This document shows, one piece after another, positions 29,867 to 41,100 of a stretch of DNA of 64,000 nucleotides (position 1 is the stretch's first letter; every line of letters begins with the position of its first letter). A program made the translations under genes and the position numbers. Below the pieces are notes generated by a model. It saw nothing but the letters and a program-made list of their open reading frames with translations, made no database searches and was not told where the DNA came from. Origin of the DNA: an uncultured Candidatus Rokubacteria bacterium. GTDB taxonomy: Bacteria; Methylomirabilota; Methylomirabilia; Rokubacteriales; CSP1-6. The stretch lies in the NCBI GenBank assembly GCA_963771355.1, contig CAVYTA010000005.1, forward strand, positions 800,001 through 864,000. Reading direction: 5' to 3'.

Positions 29867-31066
29867 ATGCCAGGCACAGCTGATCAGGAGGTCGTCGTCC
29901 TCCGCGGGGCTCGGACGCCCTTCGGGGACTTCGGCGGGGCGCTCCGGGACCTCTCCGCGGCGGAGCTGGGCGCGCATGCCGCGCGCGCGGCGCTCGAGCG
30001 CAGTGGGGTGACGCCCGAGCAGGTGGACCACGCGGTCTTTGGCCATGTCATCCAGGCCTCGGGCGAGGACGCGTATCTCGCCCGGCACGTGGCGCTCAAG
30101 GCCGGCTGTCCGGTGGGCGTGCCCGCGCTCACCGTCAATCGCCTCTGCGGCTCGGGCCTGCAGGCCCTCGTCACCGCCGCGCAATTGATCAAGTTGGGCG
30201 AGGCGGACGTGGTGCTCGCCGGGGGCGCGGAGAATATGTCCCAGCAGCCGCACATCATCCGCGGCGCGCGCTGGGGCCTGCGTTTCCGTCAGGGGCAGCT
30301 CGAGGACAATCTCTGGCTGGCCCTCACCGACGGGTGGAACGGGCTGCCCATGGCGGTCACCGCGGAGAACCTCGCGGCCCGTCAAGGCATCTCCCGAAAA
30401 GAGGCCGACGACTACGCCTATCTGAGCCACCAGCGCGCGGCCGCCGCCCAGCAGAAGGGCTACTTTGCCGAGGAGATCGCGCCGCTCACGCTGAAGGTGC
30501 GCGGGGGCTTCGTCGAGGTGGAGCGCGACGAGCACGTCAAGCCCGATACCACGGTGGAGAAGCTCGCCGCGCTGCCCGCCGCCTTCAAGGAAGGGGGGGT
30601 CGTCACCGCGGGCAATGCCAGCGGCATCAACGACGGCGCCGCCGCGATGGTGGTCACCACGCGCCGGCGCGCGGAGGCGCTCGGCGTCGCGCCGCTCGGC
30701 CGCATCGTGTCCTGGGGCGTGGCCGGCGTGGATCCGGACATCATGGGCATCGGCCCCGTGCCGGCCTCGCGGCAGGCGCTGCACCGGGCGGGTCTCACCG
30801 TGGAGGCCCTCGACGTGGTGGAGATCAACGAGGCCTTCGCCGCCCAGTATCTGGCGGTGGAGCGCGAGCTCGGCCTCGATCGCGCCCGGACCAATGTCAA
30901 TGGCGGCGCGGTGGCGCTCGGGCATCCGGTGGGCGCCTCCGGGGCACGGCTGGCGCTGACCACGCTGCACGAGCTGGCCCGCCGGGACGGCCGCTTCGGC
31001 CTCGCCAGCCTCTGCATCGGCGGCGGACAGGGGATCGCCATGGTATTCGAGGCGCTCCATGATTAG
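29867..31066 (+). CDS. Acetyl-CoA C-acyltransferase (thiolase)
   Basis: NRLCGSG, GNASGINDG, NEAFA, GHPVGASG, CIGGGQG. Confidence 0.95.
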   Translation: MPGTADQEVVVLRGARTPFGDFGGALRDLSAAELGAHAARAALERSGVTPEQVDHAVFGHVIQASGEDAYLARHVALKAGCPVGVPALTVNRLCGSGLQALVTAAQLIKLGEADVVLAGGAENMSQQPHIIRGARWGLRFRQGQLEDNLWLALTDGWNGLPMAVTAENLAARQGISRKEADDYAYLSHQRAAAAQQKGYFAEEIAPLTLKVRGGFVEVERDEHVKPDTTVEKLAALPAAFKEGGVVTAGNASGINDGAAAMVVTTRRRAEALGVAPLGRIVSWGVAGVDPDIMGIGPVPASRQALHRAGLTVEALDVVEINEAFAAQYLAVERELGLDRARTNVNGGAVALGHPVGASGARLALTTLHELARRDGRFGLASLCIGGGQGIAMVFEALHD

Positions 31067-31427
31067 CCGGCGCGTGCTCGTGGCGGGCGGGGCCGCTATC
31101 GTCGCGGCGGCGTGGCTGGCCTCCGCCGGGCCCGCGTCGGCCGAGAATCCGCCGGCCGCTCCCGCGCCGGCGCCGGGGAGCCCCGCGCCGGTGGGCCCGC
31201 CGGCCGTGTTCCAGCTCCTCAATCGCTCCGCGGAAACGCCGTCCGATACGACGCTGCGCGAGTCGCTGCGCCCGGATCTGGCGCCGCCGCCGTCGGGGCG
31301 GGGGTTCGAGAAGATGCCGGACGGCAGCGTGCGCTACGGCAACTTGCGGTTGCGGGGGAAAGTGAACGCCGAGTGCCCGGACGACCCGTTCCACGAGGCC
31401 CCGCCGCTGCCCCGTCGCGGCCGCTAG
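31059..31427 (+). CDS. Hypothetical exported protein
   Basis: SRRVL + hydrophobic + ASA signal peptide, Pro-rich linker; overlaps the thiolase stop. Confidence 0.55.
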   Translation: MISRRVLVAGGAAIVAAAWLASAGPASAENPPAAPAPAPGSPAPVGPPAVFQLLNRSAETPSDTTLRESLRPDLAPPPSGRGFEKMPDGSVRYGNLRLRGKVNAECPDDPFHEAPPLPRRGR

Positions 31428-31499
31428 CGCGCTCGCGCGCACGATCCTGCCGCGCGGTGGCCCCCCGGCCGCCGCCGCGGCCATCCAGGAGTGGTCAGC

Positions 31500-32357
31500 A
31501 TGGCCATCAAGAGCGTCGGTGTGATCGGATGCGGGCTCATGGGCTCCGGCATCGTCCAGGTGGCGGCCCAGGCCGGGTTCCGCACCGTGGTGGTGGAGGC
31601 GAATCAGGCGCTGCTCGACCGCGGGCTCGGGGGCCTCGGCCGCACGCTCGACGGGCTCATCGCCAAGGCCAAGCTCGACGCGGCGGGGAAGCAGCAGATC
31701 CTGGACCGCATCACCGGTGCCACCGACTTCTCCGCGTTCAAGGATTGTGACCTCGTCGTCGAGGCCATCACCGAGAACCAGGCGCTCAAGAACGAGACCT
31801 TCGCCCGGCTCGACGCCGTCTGTCCCCCGCACGCGCTGCTCGCCTCGAACACCTCGTCCTGCAACGTGACGGCGATGGCGGCCGCCACCAAGCGGCCGGA
31901 CAAGGTGCTGGGGCTTCACTTCTTCAACCCGGTGCCCCTCATGAAGCTGGTCGAGGTGGTGCAGACCATCCTCACCGACGAGAAGACGGTGGCCCAGGCC
32001 TATGAGTGGGTGCAGGCGGTGGGCAAGGTGCCGGTCCGCACCAAGGACTCCACCGCCTTCATCGTGAACCGGCTGCTGGTGCCCTATCTCCTCGACGCCA
32101 TCCGCGTCTACGAGGGCGGACTCGCCACCCTCGAGGACATCGACGCCGCCATGAAGCTGGGCTGCGGCTATCCCATGGGCCCGTTCACCCTGCTCGATCT
32201 CGTCGGGCTCGACACCACCATGTTCGTGGCCGAGGTGATGTTCGAGGAGTTTCGCGAGGCGCGCTACGCCCCACCCCCTCTCTTGAAGCGCATGGTCATG
32301 GCCGGCCAGCTCGGACGGAAGACCGGCAAGGGCTTCTACAGCTACCCGGCCAAGTAG
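31500..32357 (+). CDS. hbd: 3-hydroxybutyryl-CoA dehydrogenase
   Basis: [40 protein letters not shown]. Confidence 0.9.
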   Translation: MAIKSVGVIGCGLMGSGIVQVAAQAGFRTVVVEANQALLDRGLGGLGRTLDGLIAKAKLDAAGKQQILDRITGATDFSAFKDCDLVVEAITENQALKNETFARLDAVCPPHALLASNTSSCNVTAMAAATKRPDKVLGLHFFNPVPLMKLVEVVQTILTDEKTVAQAYEWVQAVGKVPVRTKDSTAFIVNRLLVPYLLDAIRVYEGGLATLEDIDAAMKLGCGYPMGPFTLLDLVGLDTTMFVAEVMFEEFREARYAPPPLLKRMVMAGQLGRKTGKGFYSYPAK

Positions 32358-32373
32358 GGTGGACACGACCACC

Positions 32374-33538
32374 ATGCCCCATGACCTCTGGTACCTCGAC
32401 GATCGAGCAGCGGGCCATCCGGGACCTGGCGCGGGAGATCGCGCGGGAGCGCATCGCCCCCCTCGCCGCGCGGGTGGACGAGACCGAAGAATATCCCGCG
32501 GAGCAGATCCAGCGGCTGGGCGCCCAGGGGCTGATGGGGCTGCACGTCCCCGAAGAGTACGGCGGCAGTGATGCCGGCGCGCTGGCCTTCTGCCTCGCCG
32601 CGGAGGAGATCGCCGCCGCCTGCGCCGCCACCTCCACCATCTTCCTCGTCCAGAACCTCGGCGGGTACCCCATCATCCTCGCCGGGAACGCCGAGCAGAA
32701 GAAGCGCTTCCTTCCCCGCCTGGCCGCCGGCGAGATCACCGCGGCCTTCTCGCTGTCCGAGTCCGGCTCCGGCTCGGACGCGGCGGGGATGCAGTGCGCG
32801 GCGGTGCGCAAAGGCGACCGCTACGTCGTCAACGGCTCGAAGATGTGGGTGACCAACGGCTCGCACGCCGGCGTGCTCACCGTCTTCGTGAGCACCGACC
32901 GGGGCCGGCGCGGCCGCGGCGTGACCGCGCTGCTGGTGGAGCCCGGCACCAGGGGCTTCAGCGTGGGGAAGCACGAGAAGAAGCTCGGCATCCGCGGCAG
33001 CCCCACCGTCGCGCTGCACTTCACCGACTGCGAGATCCCCGTGGAGAATCGCCTGGGCGAGGAGAACGAGGGCTTCCGCATCGCCATGCGCACGCTGGAG
33101 CAGTCGCGTCCCACCATCGGCGCGCAGGCGGTGGGTATCGCCCAGGCCGCACTGGACGCCGCGGTGGGCTATGCCCGGGAGCGCCGTTCCTTCGACCAGC
33201 CCATCGCCGCCTACCAGGGCATCCAGTTCATGCTGGCGGACATGGCGATGGCGGTGCATACCTCGCGGCTCGCCGTCCACCACGCGGCGGCACTGATGGA
33301 TCGGGGCGCGGCCGGCACCGCGTTCGAGGCGTCCGTGGCCAAGTGCATGGCCTCGGACACCGCGATGAAGGTGACCACGGACGCGGTGCAGATCTTCGGC
33401 GGCTATGGCTACACGCGGGAATTCCCGGTGGAGCGCTACATGCGCGACGCCAAGATCACCCAGATCTACGAGGGGACCAACCAGATCCAGCGTCTCGTGA
33501 TCGCGCGGGAGCTGCTGGGCGAAGGAGACCAGAGATGA
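32374..33538 (+). CDS. Acyl-CoA dehydrogenase (likely +1 indel near 32404; alternative in-frame ATG at 32381)
   Basis: [41 protein letters not shown]. Removing one base gives the N-terminus [18 protein letters not shown]. Confidence 0.9.
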
Positions 33539-34814
33539 GCCGGCCCAAGGGCATCACGCGAGTCCCCCGCCGCAACTTCCTCAAGGGCGCCGCCGCCGGC
33601 GCCGCCGTGCTCGGTTTCCCGATGCCGCTGCGCGCCCAGGCCCCCGTCTTCAAGGTGGGGGTCGTCCATCCCGTGACCGGCCCGCTCGCGGAGCCGGGCC
33701 AGGCCTGCCGGCTGGGCGCCACCATGGCCGCGGAGGCCATCAATGCCGCCGGGGGCATCAAGGCCATGGGCGGCGCGAAGCTCGAGCTGATCTTCGGCGA
33801 TACGCAGACCAAGCCGGATATCGGGCGCACCGAGGCGGAGCGCGTCATCAATCAGGGCGCCCAGATGCTCATGGGCTCGTTCGACTCGGGCAGCACGGCG
33901 GCCATGGTGCCCGTGGTCCAGCAGCGGCGGGTGCCCTTCCTGGTGGACATCGCCGCCGCCGATCCCATCACCGCCAACGTGGCCAAGGCGGTGAAGGAGG
34001 GGCAGCAGAAGGTCCAGTACGTCTACCGCAACTTCCCCACCGGCATCTCCTTCGGGAGCAAGGCGGTGACATACTTCACCGAGATCTTCAAGGAGGCCGG
34101 CGTCGCGCCCAAGCGGGTGGTGCTGATGTACTGCAACGATCTCTTCGGCCAGAACGACGCCAAGGGGTTCCAGGCCGGGTACGCCGCCGCCAAGCCCGTC
34201 GTGGGAGATCGTGGACGTGATCCCGTGGCCGGAGCCGCCCGCAGGATCTCTCCACCGAGGTGTCCCGCGCCAAGGCGGCCAGGCCCGACATCATCGCGCC
34301 GATCACGCGGCCGGCCTCGGCCCAGCTCCTGCTCCCCGAGATCCGCAAGCAGCGGCTGGAGATCATGGGCATCGTGGGCCCGGGCAGCCCGGGCCTCTAC
34401 GAGGCGGGCCAGCTCGCCGTGCTCAAGGACGATCTCGAGCTCGTGATGGCCGCATGCCATGGGCGAACTTCAAGAATCCGCGGACCCAGCGGGTGGCGGA
34501 GGAATATCAGAAGCGATCGAGCGGGAAGACGTTCGACACCAACTCCGGCTACTCCTACGACGGGATGTTCGTCATCGCGGACGTGCTGGAACGGGCCAAG
34601 TCCACGGATCCCGACGTCATCGTGGACGCGATCAAGAAGACCAACTACGGCGCCGGCCTGATGCAGTACGCGGGCGCCGATCGTCTTCAACGACCTCGGC
34701 GACAACCCCAATGCCGTCACCACCATGATCCAGATCCTCGGCCAGAAGCCGGTCGCAGTGTGGCCCAAGGAGGCGGCGCTGCAGAAGTTCGTGTTCCCGC
34801 GTCCCAAGCGTTGA
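33535..34814 (+). CDS. Liv-type ABC substrate-binding protein with Tat signal, broken by about four single-base indels
   Basis: RRNFLKG Tat motif, [18 protein letters not shown]; frame jumps near 34196, 34239, 34451 and 34676 restore a 425-aa protein ending FVFPRPKR*. Confidence 0.75.
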
Positions 34815-34841
34815 CGGGTCGCCGTCGCGGGACCCGCTGAG

Positions 34842-35713
34842 GTGGACCCGACCCTGATCGGGCAGGGGCTCCTCAGCGGGCTCCTCTTCGGGGGCGTGTA
34901 CAGCCTCATGGCGGTGGGGCTGACCCTGATCTTCGGCGTCATGCGCGTGGTCAACTTCGCGCACGGCGACATGATGGTGTGGGGCATGTACCTGGCCTGG
35001 ATGCTGTCCACGCGGCTGGGCCTCGACCCCTACCTCGGCTTCGGCCTTTGCGCGGGGCCCTGTTCGCCCTGGGGTGGGCGATCCAGCGCGGGCTGGTCCA
35101 CCGCATCGTGGACGCGCCCCACGAGATGCAGATCCTTCTCATGCTCGGGGTGGCGCTGGTGCTGGAGAACCTCGCCCTCGTCGCCTTCGGTCCCGACCCC
35201 CAGCGCGTGCGCTCGCCGCTCACGGCCGCCACGGTGTGGCTGGGCCCCATCTTCGTGGACGTGGCTCGCCTGGTGACCTTCGGGCTGGCGCTGGCGCTCA
35301 CGCTGGCGCTCTGGTTCTTCCTCGCCCGCACCGACCTCGGGCAGCGGATCCGCGCCGCCGCCGACAATCCCTACGGGGCGCTGGTCATCGGCACCGACGT
35401 CGGGCGTGTGTACGCCGCCGCCTTCGGCATCGGGGCCGCCTGCGTGGGCGCGGCGGGGGCCCTCGTCTCCCCCATCCTGCCGTTCCAGCCCGCCGGCGGG
35501 CTCACGCTCTCGGTGGCCTCGTTCAACATCGTGATCATCGGCGGGATGGGCAGTCTCCTCGGCGCCTTCGTGGGCGGGCTGCTGGTGTCGCTCGCGGAAT
35601 CCCTGGGCGCCGTGTTCCTGGCTCCCTCCATGAAAGAGCTGGTGAGCTTCTCGCTCCTCATCGTGATCCTGCTCTTCCGTCCCGCCGGCCTCTTCGGCAA
35701 GCGCGGCGCATGA
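34842..35713 (+). CDS. LivH-like ABC permease (-1 indel in the G-run at ~35054-35057)
   Basis: GLTLIFGVMRVVNFAHGD in one frame, IIGGMGS and RPAGLFG in the next. Confidence 0.85.
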
Positions 35714-36672
35714 GGGGCAGGGGAATCGCCGCCGTCCTTGCCGTGGTCATCCTCGCCGCCCTGCCCGCGCTGCTCAGCTCCTACGCGATCACGGTGTTCA
35801 TCTTCATCTTCTTCTACGCCTATCTGGGCCAGGCCTGGAACATCGTGGGCGGCTACGCGGGCCAGCTCTCCGCCGGGCATGCCGCCTTCGTGGGCGTGGG
35901 CGCCTACACCTCCGCCATGCTCTCCATGAAGCTCGGGCTCACGCCCTGGATCGGGATGTTCGTGGGCGGGCTCGCGTCCGCCGCGCTCGGCGCCCTCATC
36001 GGGTTCCTCGGTTTCCGCTTCGGCCTGCGCGGCTTCTACTTCGTTCTCCTCACGGTGGCCTTTGCCGAGATCTGCCGCATCGTCGCCCTCAATACCGACG
36101 CGGTGGGGGGCGCCCTCGGGCTCTACATCACCTTCACCGGCAACCCCCGCCAGTTCCAGTTCCAGGACAACCGCGTCTACTACTACGTGGCCCTGGGCCT
36201 CATGCTCGCCGCCACCGGCCTCGTGGCCGCGCTGGAGCACCGGCGGTTCGGCGAGTACCTCACCGCCATCCGCGAGGACGAGAACGCCTGCGAGGCGCTG
36301 GGCGTCAACACCTTCAAGTACAAGATGCTGGCCATGGTGGTGTCGTCCTTCCTCACCGGGATCGGCGGGACCTTCTACGCCTACTACCTCTTCTCGCTGC
36401 AGCCGAACTCGGTGTTCGGGATCCCGCTCTCGGTGGAGATCATCATCCGGCCCATCGTGGGCGGAGCGGGCACCGTGCTCGGGCCCATTGTCGGCTCGTT
36501 CATCCTCAGTCCGCTGGGCGAGATCTCGCGCATCTACCTCTCGCAGGGCGGCTGGAGCGGCCTGCACCTCATCGTCTACGGGCTCCTGCTCATCGTGGTG
36601 GTGCTGTTCTTCCCGCAGGGCGCCTACCCGAGTTTGGTGAAGCTGGGGGCGCGCGTGCGCAATCGCCCATGA
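35710..36672 (+). CDS. LivM-like ABC permease
   Basis: GYAGQLSAGHAAF, AIREDE, GGAGT. Confidence 0.9.
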   Translation: MRGRGIAAVLAVVILAALPALLSSYAITVFIFIFFYAYLGQAWNIVGGYAGQLSAGHAAFVGVGAYTSAMLSMKLGLTPWIGMFVGGLASAALGALIGFLGFRFGLRGFYFVLLTVAFAEICRIVALNTDAVGGALGLYITFTGNPRQFQFQDNRVYYYVALGLMLAATGLVAALEHRRFGEYLTAIREDENACEALGVNTFKYKMLAMVVSSFLTGIGGTFYAYYLFSLQPNSVFGIPLSVEIIIRPIVGGAGTVLGPIVGSFILSPLGEISRIYLSQGGWSGLHLIVYGLLLIVVVLFFPQGAYPSLVKLGARVRNRP

Positions 36673-37406
36673 GCGCCTTGCTCGAGGTGAAGGGGCTCTC
36701 GAAGCGCTTTGGCGGTCTCCAGGCGGTGGACGGCCTGTCGCTGTCCATGACCGCCGGCGAGATGCTGGGGCTGATCGGACCCAACGGCGCCGGGAAGACC
36801 ACGGTCTTCCATCTCCTCTCGGGGTTCCTGGCCCCCGATGCCGGCGACGTGCGCTTCCGGGAGCGGAGCTTGGTCGGGCTCAAGCCCCACGCCATCTGCC
36901 GGCTCGGGCTGGCCCGCACCTTCCAGATCGTGCGGCCCTTCCCCCACCTCTCCGTGCTGGCAAATGTCCGCGTGGGCGCGCTGGGCCGGCACCCCGACGC
37001 GCGCGAGGCGCGGGAGCGCGCCCGCCAGGTGGTGGAGCGGGTAGGACTCGGCGCCAAGGCGGAGACGATCGCGGGCAGCCTCACGCTGTCCGACCGCAAG
37101 CGGCTGGAGCTGGCGCGCGCCCTGGCCACCGAGCCGACCCTCCTGCTCCTCGACGAGGTCATGGCCGGGCTCACCGCCACCGAGACGGCCGAGATGGTCC
37201 GGCTCATCTCCGGCATCAACCGCGACGGGGTGTCCGTGCTCCTCATCGAGCACAACATGCGCGCGGTGATGACGCTCTCGCACCGCATCGTGGTGCTCTC
37301 CTTCGGCGTGCGGATCGCCGAGGGGCTGCCCGCGCAGGTCGCCAACGATCCCCGCGTCATCGAGGCCTATCTGGGAGAAGAATATGTCCACGCTCCTCCG
37401 GCTTGA
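36669..37406 (+). CDS. LivG-like ABC ATP-binding protein
   Basis: GPNGAGKT, RTFQ, LDEV, IEH, EAYLG. Confidence 0.92.
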   Translation: MSALLEVKGLSKRFGGLQAVDGLSLSMTAGEMLGLIGPNGAGKTTVFHLLSGFLAPDAGDVRFRERSLVGLKPHAICRLGLARTFQIVRPFPHLSVLANVRVGALGRHPDAREARERARQVVERVGLGAKAETIAGSLTLSDRKRLELARALATEPTLLLLDEVMAGLTATETAEMVRLISGINRDGVSVLLIEHNMRAVMTLSHRIVVLSFGVRIAEGLPAQVANDPRVIEAYLGEEYVHAPPA

Positions 37407-38097
37407 GGGGATCGAGGTGGGCTACGGCGCCCTCACCGCAGTGCGGGAGGTGTCGCTGGAGGTCGACGTGGGCGAGACGGTGGCGCTCATCGGCTCGAAC
37501 GGAGCCGGCAAGACCACCACGCTCAAGGCCATCACCGGTCTGCTCCCCCTCCGGCGCGGGACCGTCGCGCTGGACGGCGAGCGGATCGACGGCCTGTCTC
37601 CCGCGCGCGTGGTGGGGCGGGGCATCGCACACGTGCCCGAGGGGCGACAGCTCTTTCCCACCATGAGCGTGCGGGAGAACCTCGAGCTGGGCGCCGCCGG
37701 CCCCGACGCGCGGGCCCGGCGTGCCGATACGCTCGAGTGGGTGTTCCGCCTCTTTCCCCGGCTCGCCGAGCGGACCCGTCAGCTGGCGGGCACCCTGTCC
37801 GGGGGCGAGCAGCAGATGTGCGCGATCGGCCGGGGCCTCATGGCCCGCCCGCGTCTCCTCATGCTGGACGAGCCCAGCCTCGGGTTGGCCCCGGTGGTGG
37901 TGAAGCAGATCTTCGAGGTCCTGGCCCAGATCAATCGCGACGGCACCACCATCCTCCTGGTGGAGCAGAACGTGGCCAGGGCCCTCGGGCTCGCCCATCG
38001 GGGCTATGTCCTCGAGAATGGGCGCATTGCGCTCTCGGGCCCCCGCGACGCGCTGCTCGCCAGCGGCCATATCAAGCAGGCTTACCTCGGCTTGTAG
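37384..38097 (+). CDS. LivF-like ABC ATP-binding protein
   Basis: GSNGAGKT, VPEGR, LSGGEQQM, DEPSLGL, VEQN. Confidence 0.92.
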   Translation: MSTLLRLEGIEVGYGALTAVREVSLEVDVGETVALIGSNGAGKTTTLKAITGLLPLRRGTVALDGERIDGLSPARVVGRGIAHVPEGRQLFPTMSVRENLELGAAGPDARARRADTLEWVFRLFPRLAERTRQLAGTLSGGEQQMCAIGRGLMARPRLLMLDEPSLGLAPVVVKQIFEVLAQINRDGTTILLVEQNVARALGLAHRGYVLENGRIALSGPRDALLASGHIKQAYLGL

Positions 38098-38122
38098 AAC
38101 GCACGGTAAACTGGATGGGACA

Positions 38123-41100
38123 ATGACGGAACCCGCCTACGAAGCCCTGGTCCGACGGAACCGCGAGCTCGAGGCCCTCAACGCCGTGTCGGCAACCATC
38201 GGCCGCGGCGCCGATCTCGAGACCACCGCCGGCGACGCGCTGGACGTGGTGCTCGGGCTCACCGGCATGCGCGTGGGCTGCATCTTCCGCAAGGAGGCCA
38301 CCGCGGACGAGCTCGTCCTCGTCGCGCATCGAGGTCTTCAGGCGACCGATGCGGCCTTGCTGGGCGTGCGACCGCTGCACGGCACCCAGGTCGGGGACGC
38401 GGTGCGCACCGGCCGGGTGGATATCGCGCTCCTCGACTCGCCGCCGTCGGGCAGCGCCGCGCTGCGGGAGATGGCGGCGCGGATTCCCATCCGCACCCAG
38501 ATCACCTTGCCCATCCCCCTCAAGGGCGGAATCTGGGGCGCCATGGTGCTGATGGTCCGGGACCAGCGCGCCTTCGACGCGGAGGAAGTGCGGGCCCTCG
38601 AAGCGGTGGCGGCGCAGATCGGGCTCGCGGTGGAGCGCGCCGCCCTCCTCACCGAGTCGCGGGACAAGAGCCGTCGGCTGGAGGCGCTGCGCGAGATCGA
38701 GGGGCACATTTCCGCCCAGCTCGACGTGGACGCGCTCCTGGCGGTGGTGGCGGAGTCGGTGCGGCGGCTCATCGGGAGCGCCACCGCCGTCGTCTATCTC
38801 CGCGAGGGCGACGCCCTCCGCCCGCGCGCCTGGACGCCGGACGACGCCTGGTATCGCGGCGTGCTGACGCCCATCGGCACGGGGGTCGTCGGCACCGCGG
38901 CGGCGCGCCGGCTGGGCGTGATCGAGAACGACTACGCCCGATCACCCCTGCGCCTCGAGACCTTCGTGGGCCGCTATGCCCGGGTGCTCGCCCAGCCGCT
39001 CCTCGCCGGCGACCGCGTGGTGGGGGTGCTGGTGGTCAACCGGGCCGGGGACACGCCGCCCTTCACCGACGACGATCTCGCCGTGCTCGCGGACTTCGCC
39101 AGTCGCGCCACCGTGGCGGTGGAGAACGCGCGCCTCTTCGGCGAGGCCCGGGGCCGCGCCGCCGAGTATCGCGCGCTGTTCGAAGTGGCCGGCATCATCA
39201 GCTCCACCCTCGACGTGCAGCGCGTGCTGGACGTCATCGTGGAGCGCTGCCGGGCGCTGCTGGACGTGGGCGCGGCGGGGATCTTCCGCTTCGACGCCGA
39301 CCGCGACGCGCTGGTGTACGAGCGCGGGGTCGGCCTGTCGGCCGAGTTCATCGAGTCGGTGGTCATCCGTCCGGGGGAGGGGACGACCGGCCGGAGCTAC
39401 CTCGAGGGCCATCCGGTCTGGACGGCGGACATCCTCGCGGATGCGGAGGTCTCGCTGCCCGAGACCATGCGGGCCCGCATCACCCGCGAGGGCTATCGCG
39501 CGGTCCTCTCCGTGCCCATCCGCATCAAGGGCGAGGCGTACGGAGTGCTGGCGGTGTACTGGTGGGAGGCGCGCTCGCCCGACGCGCTCCAGATCGAGCT
39601 GCTGAGCGCGCTGGCGGGCCAGGCGGCCATCGCGCTGGAGAACGCGCGGCTCTACCAGGCCGCTACCAATCGCGGCCGGCGGCTGGCTGCGCTGACCCGG
39701 CTCACCGAGACGCTCACCGCCACCCTCAGCCTCGAGGAGGTGCTGGACCGCGTGGTGCGCTCGGCGGTGGACCTCTTCGGATCGAGCGTCTCCCGCGTGT
39801 GGCTCCTGGATCCGGACGGTCGCGCGCTGTCCCTCCGCGCCAGTGCCGGCGCGGTGTCCACGGTCGCCGGCCGCACCCGCTTCGCCGCCGGGGAGGGGCT
39901 CATGGGCCACATCGTGGCCACCCGCGCGCCCCTCCTGGTGCCCGATCTCCGCGAGGATGCGCGCCCGGGGAACGTGGACAGCATTCGCGCGGAGGGCATC
40001 ATCTCGTTCGCGGGCGTGCCGCTGACGCTCGGTGATCGCGTGCTGGGGGCGCTCTCGGTGTCGGTACGCGAGCGTCGGCCCTTCGACGAGGAGGACCTGA
40101 GCCTGCTGCAGTCGCTGGGCAGCCAGGCGGCGGTGGCCATCGGGAACGCGAGCCTCTACGCGGAGACCAGCCGCCGGCTCGACGAGACCCGCGCGCTCCT
40201 CGAGGTGGCGGCGATCCTGAACTCGACCCTCGAGCCGCAGCGGCTGCTCAAGCAGGCGGCCATCCGCATCGCCCAGGTCTGCGGGGTGGACCGCTGCACC
40301 ATCGAGCGCTGGGAGGGGGACCGGGTGTTCCCGCTCATGTCCCAGTTTGCCGACGGACGCCGCGCGCCCGCCATGTGGGAGGCCTTCACCAACCTGGCGC
40401 CCTACGCGCCGCTCGAGGTGCCCGTCCACGCCCGCGCGTTCGCCACCCGCCGCCCGGTGGTGATCGACGACGCGGAGGCCAGCGATCTCATCCCCGCCCG
40501 GTGGCGGCAGAGCTACGGGCTCAAGAGCTGCATGGCGGTGCCGCTCCTCCGCGGCGACGAGCTGATCGGCATCATGAACCTCGACTGCTGCGACCGGCGG
40601 ATCACCTTCGCGCCCTGGCAGGTGGATCTCGCGATGGCCATCGCGGGCCAGCTCGCGCTGTCGCTGGAGAACGCCCGGCTCTACGCGGAGGCGCAGGAGC
40701 GACTCCGCGAGACGAGCGCGCTGCTCGCGGTGGGACAGGTGCTGTCGCAGCCGGGGACGCCCGCGCAGGTGCTGCGGCGGGTGGCGCGCGAGGCGGCCCG
40801 GGCCTTCGGCGCCGACATGGCCGGCGTCTATGCGCTCAATCCGGCGCGCGACGCGCTGGTGCCGGTGGCCGGGTATCGCGTGCCCAAGGAGCTCCTCCCA
40901 CACTTCCTCAGCCAGGCCATGGTGCTCGCGCGCATGCCCGAGCTGGCGGCGGCCTGGCGCGCGGGGCGCGCGGTGTGGACGGCGGACATGAAGGGCGACG
41001 CGCGCTTCGACCCCGCGCTGGTTCAGGGGCTCGACCCGGCGGCCACACTCTTCGCCCCCACCCTCGTTCACGGCGAGCCGATGGGCGCGCTGTCGCTCGT

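Noticed and set aside
32374..35713. Cluster of about six frameshifts (ACAD N-terminus, SBP x4, livH) as operon decay or phase variation
   Set aside because: All are single-base indels, several in short C/G runs, with no in-frame stops or motif erosion. This fits a locally low-quality long-read consensus.
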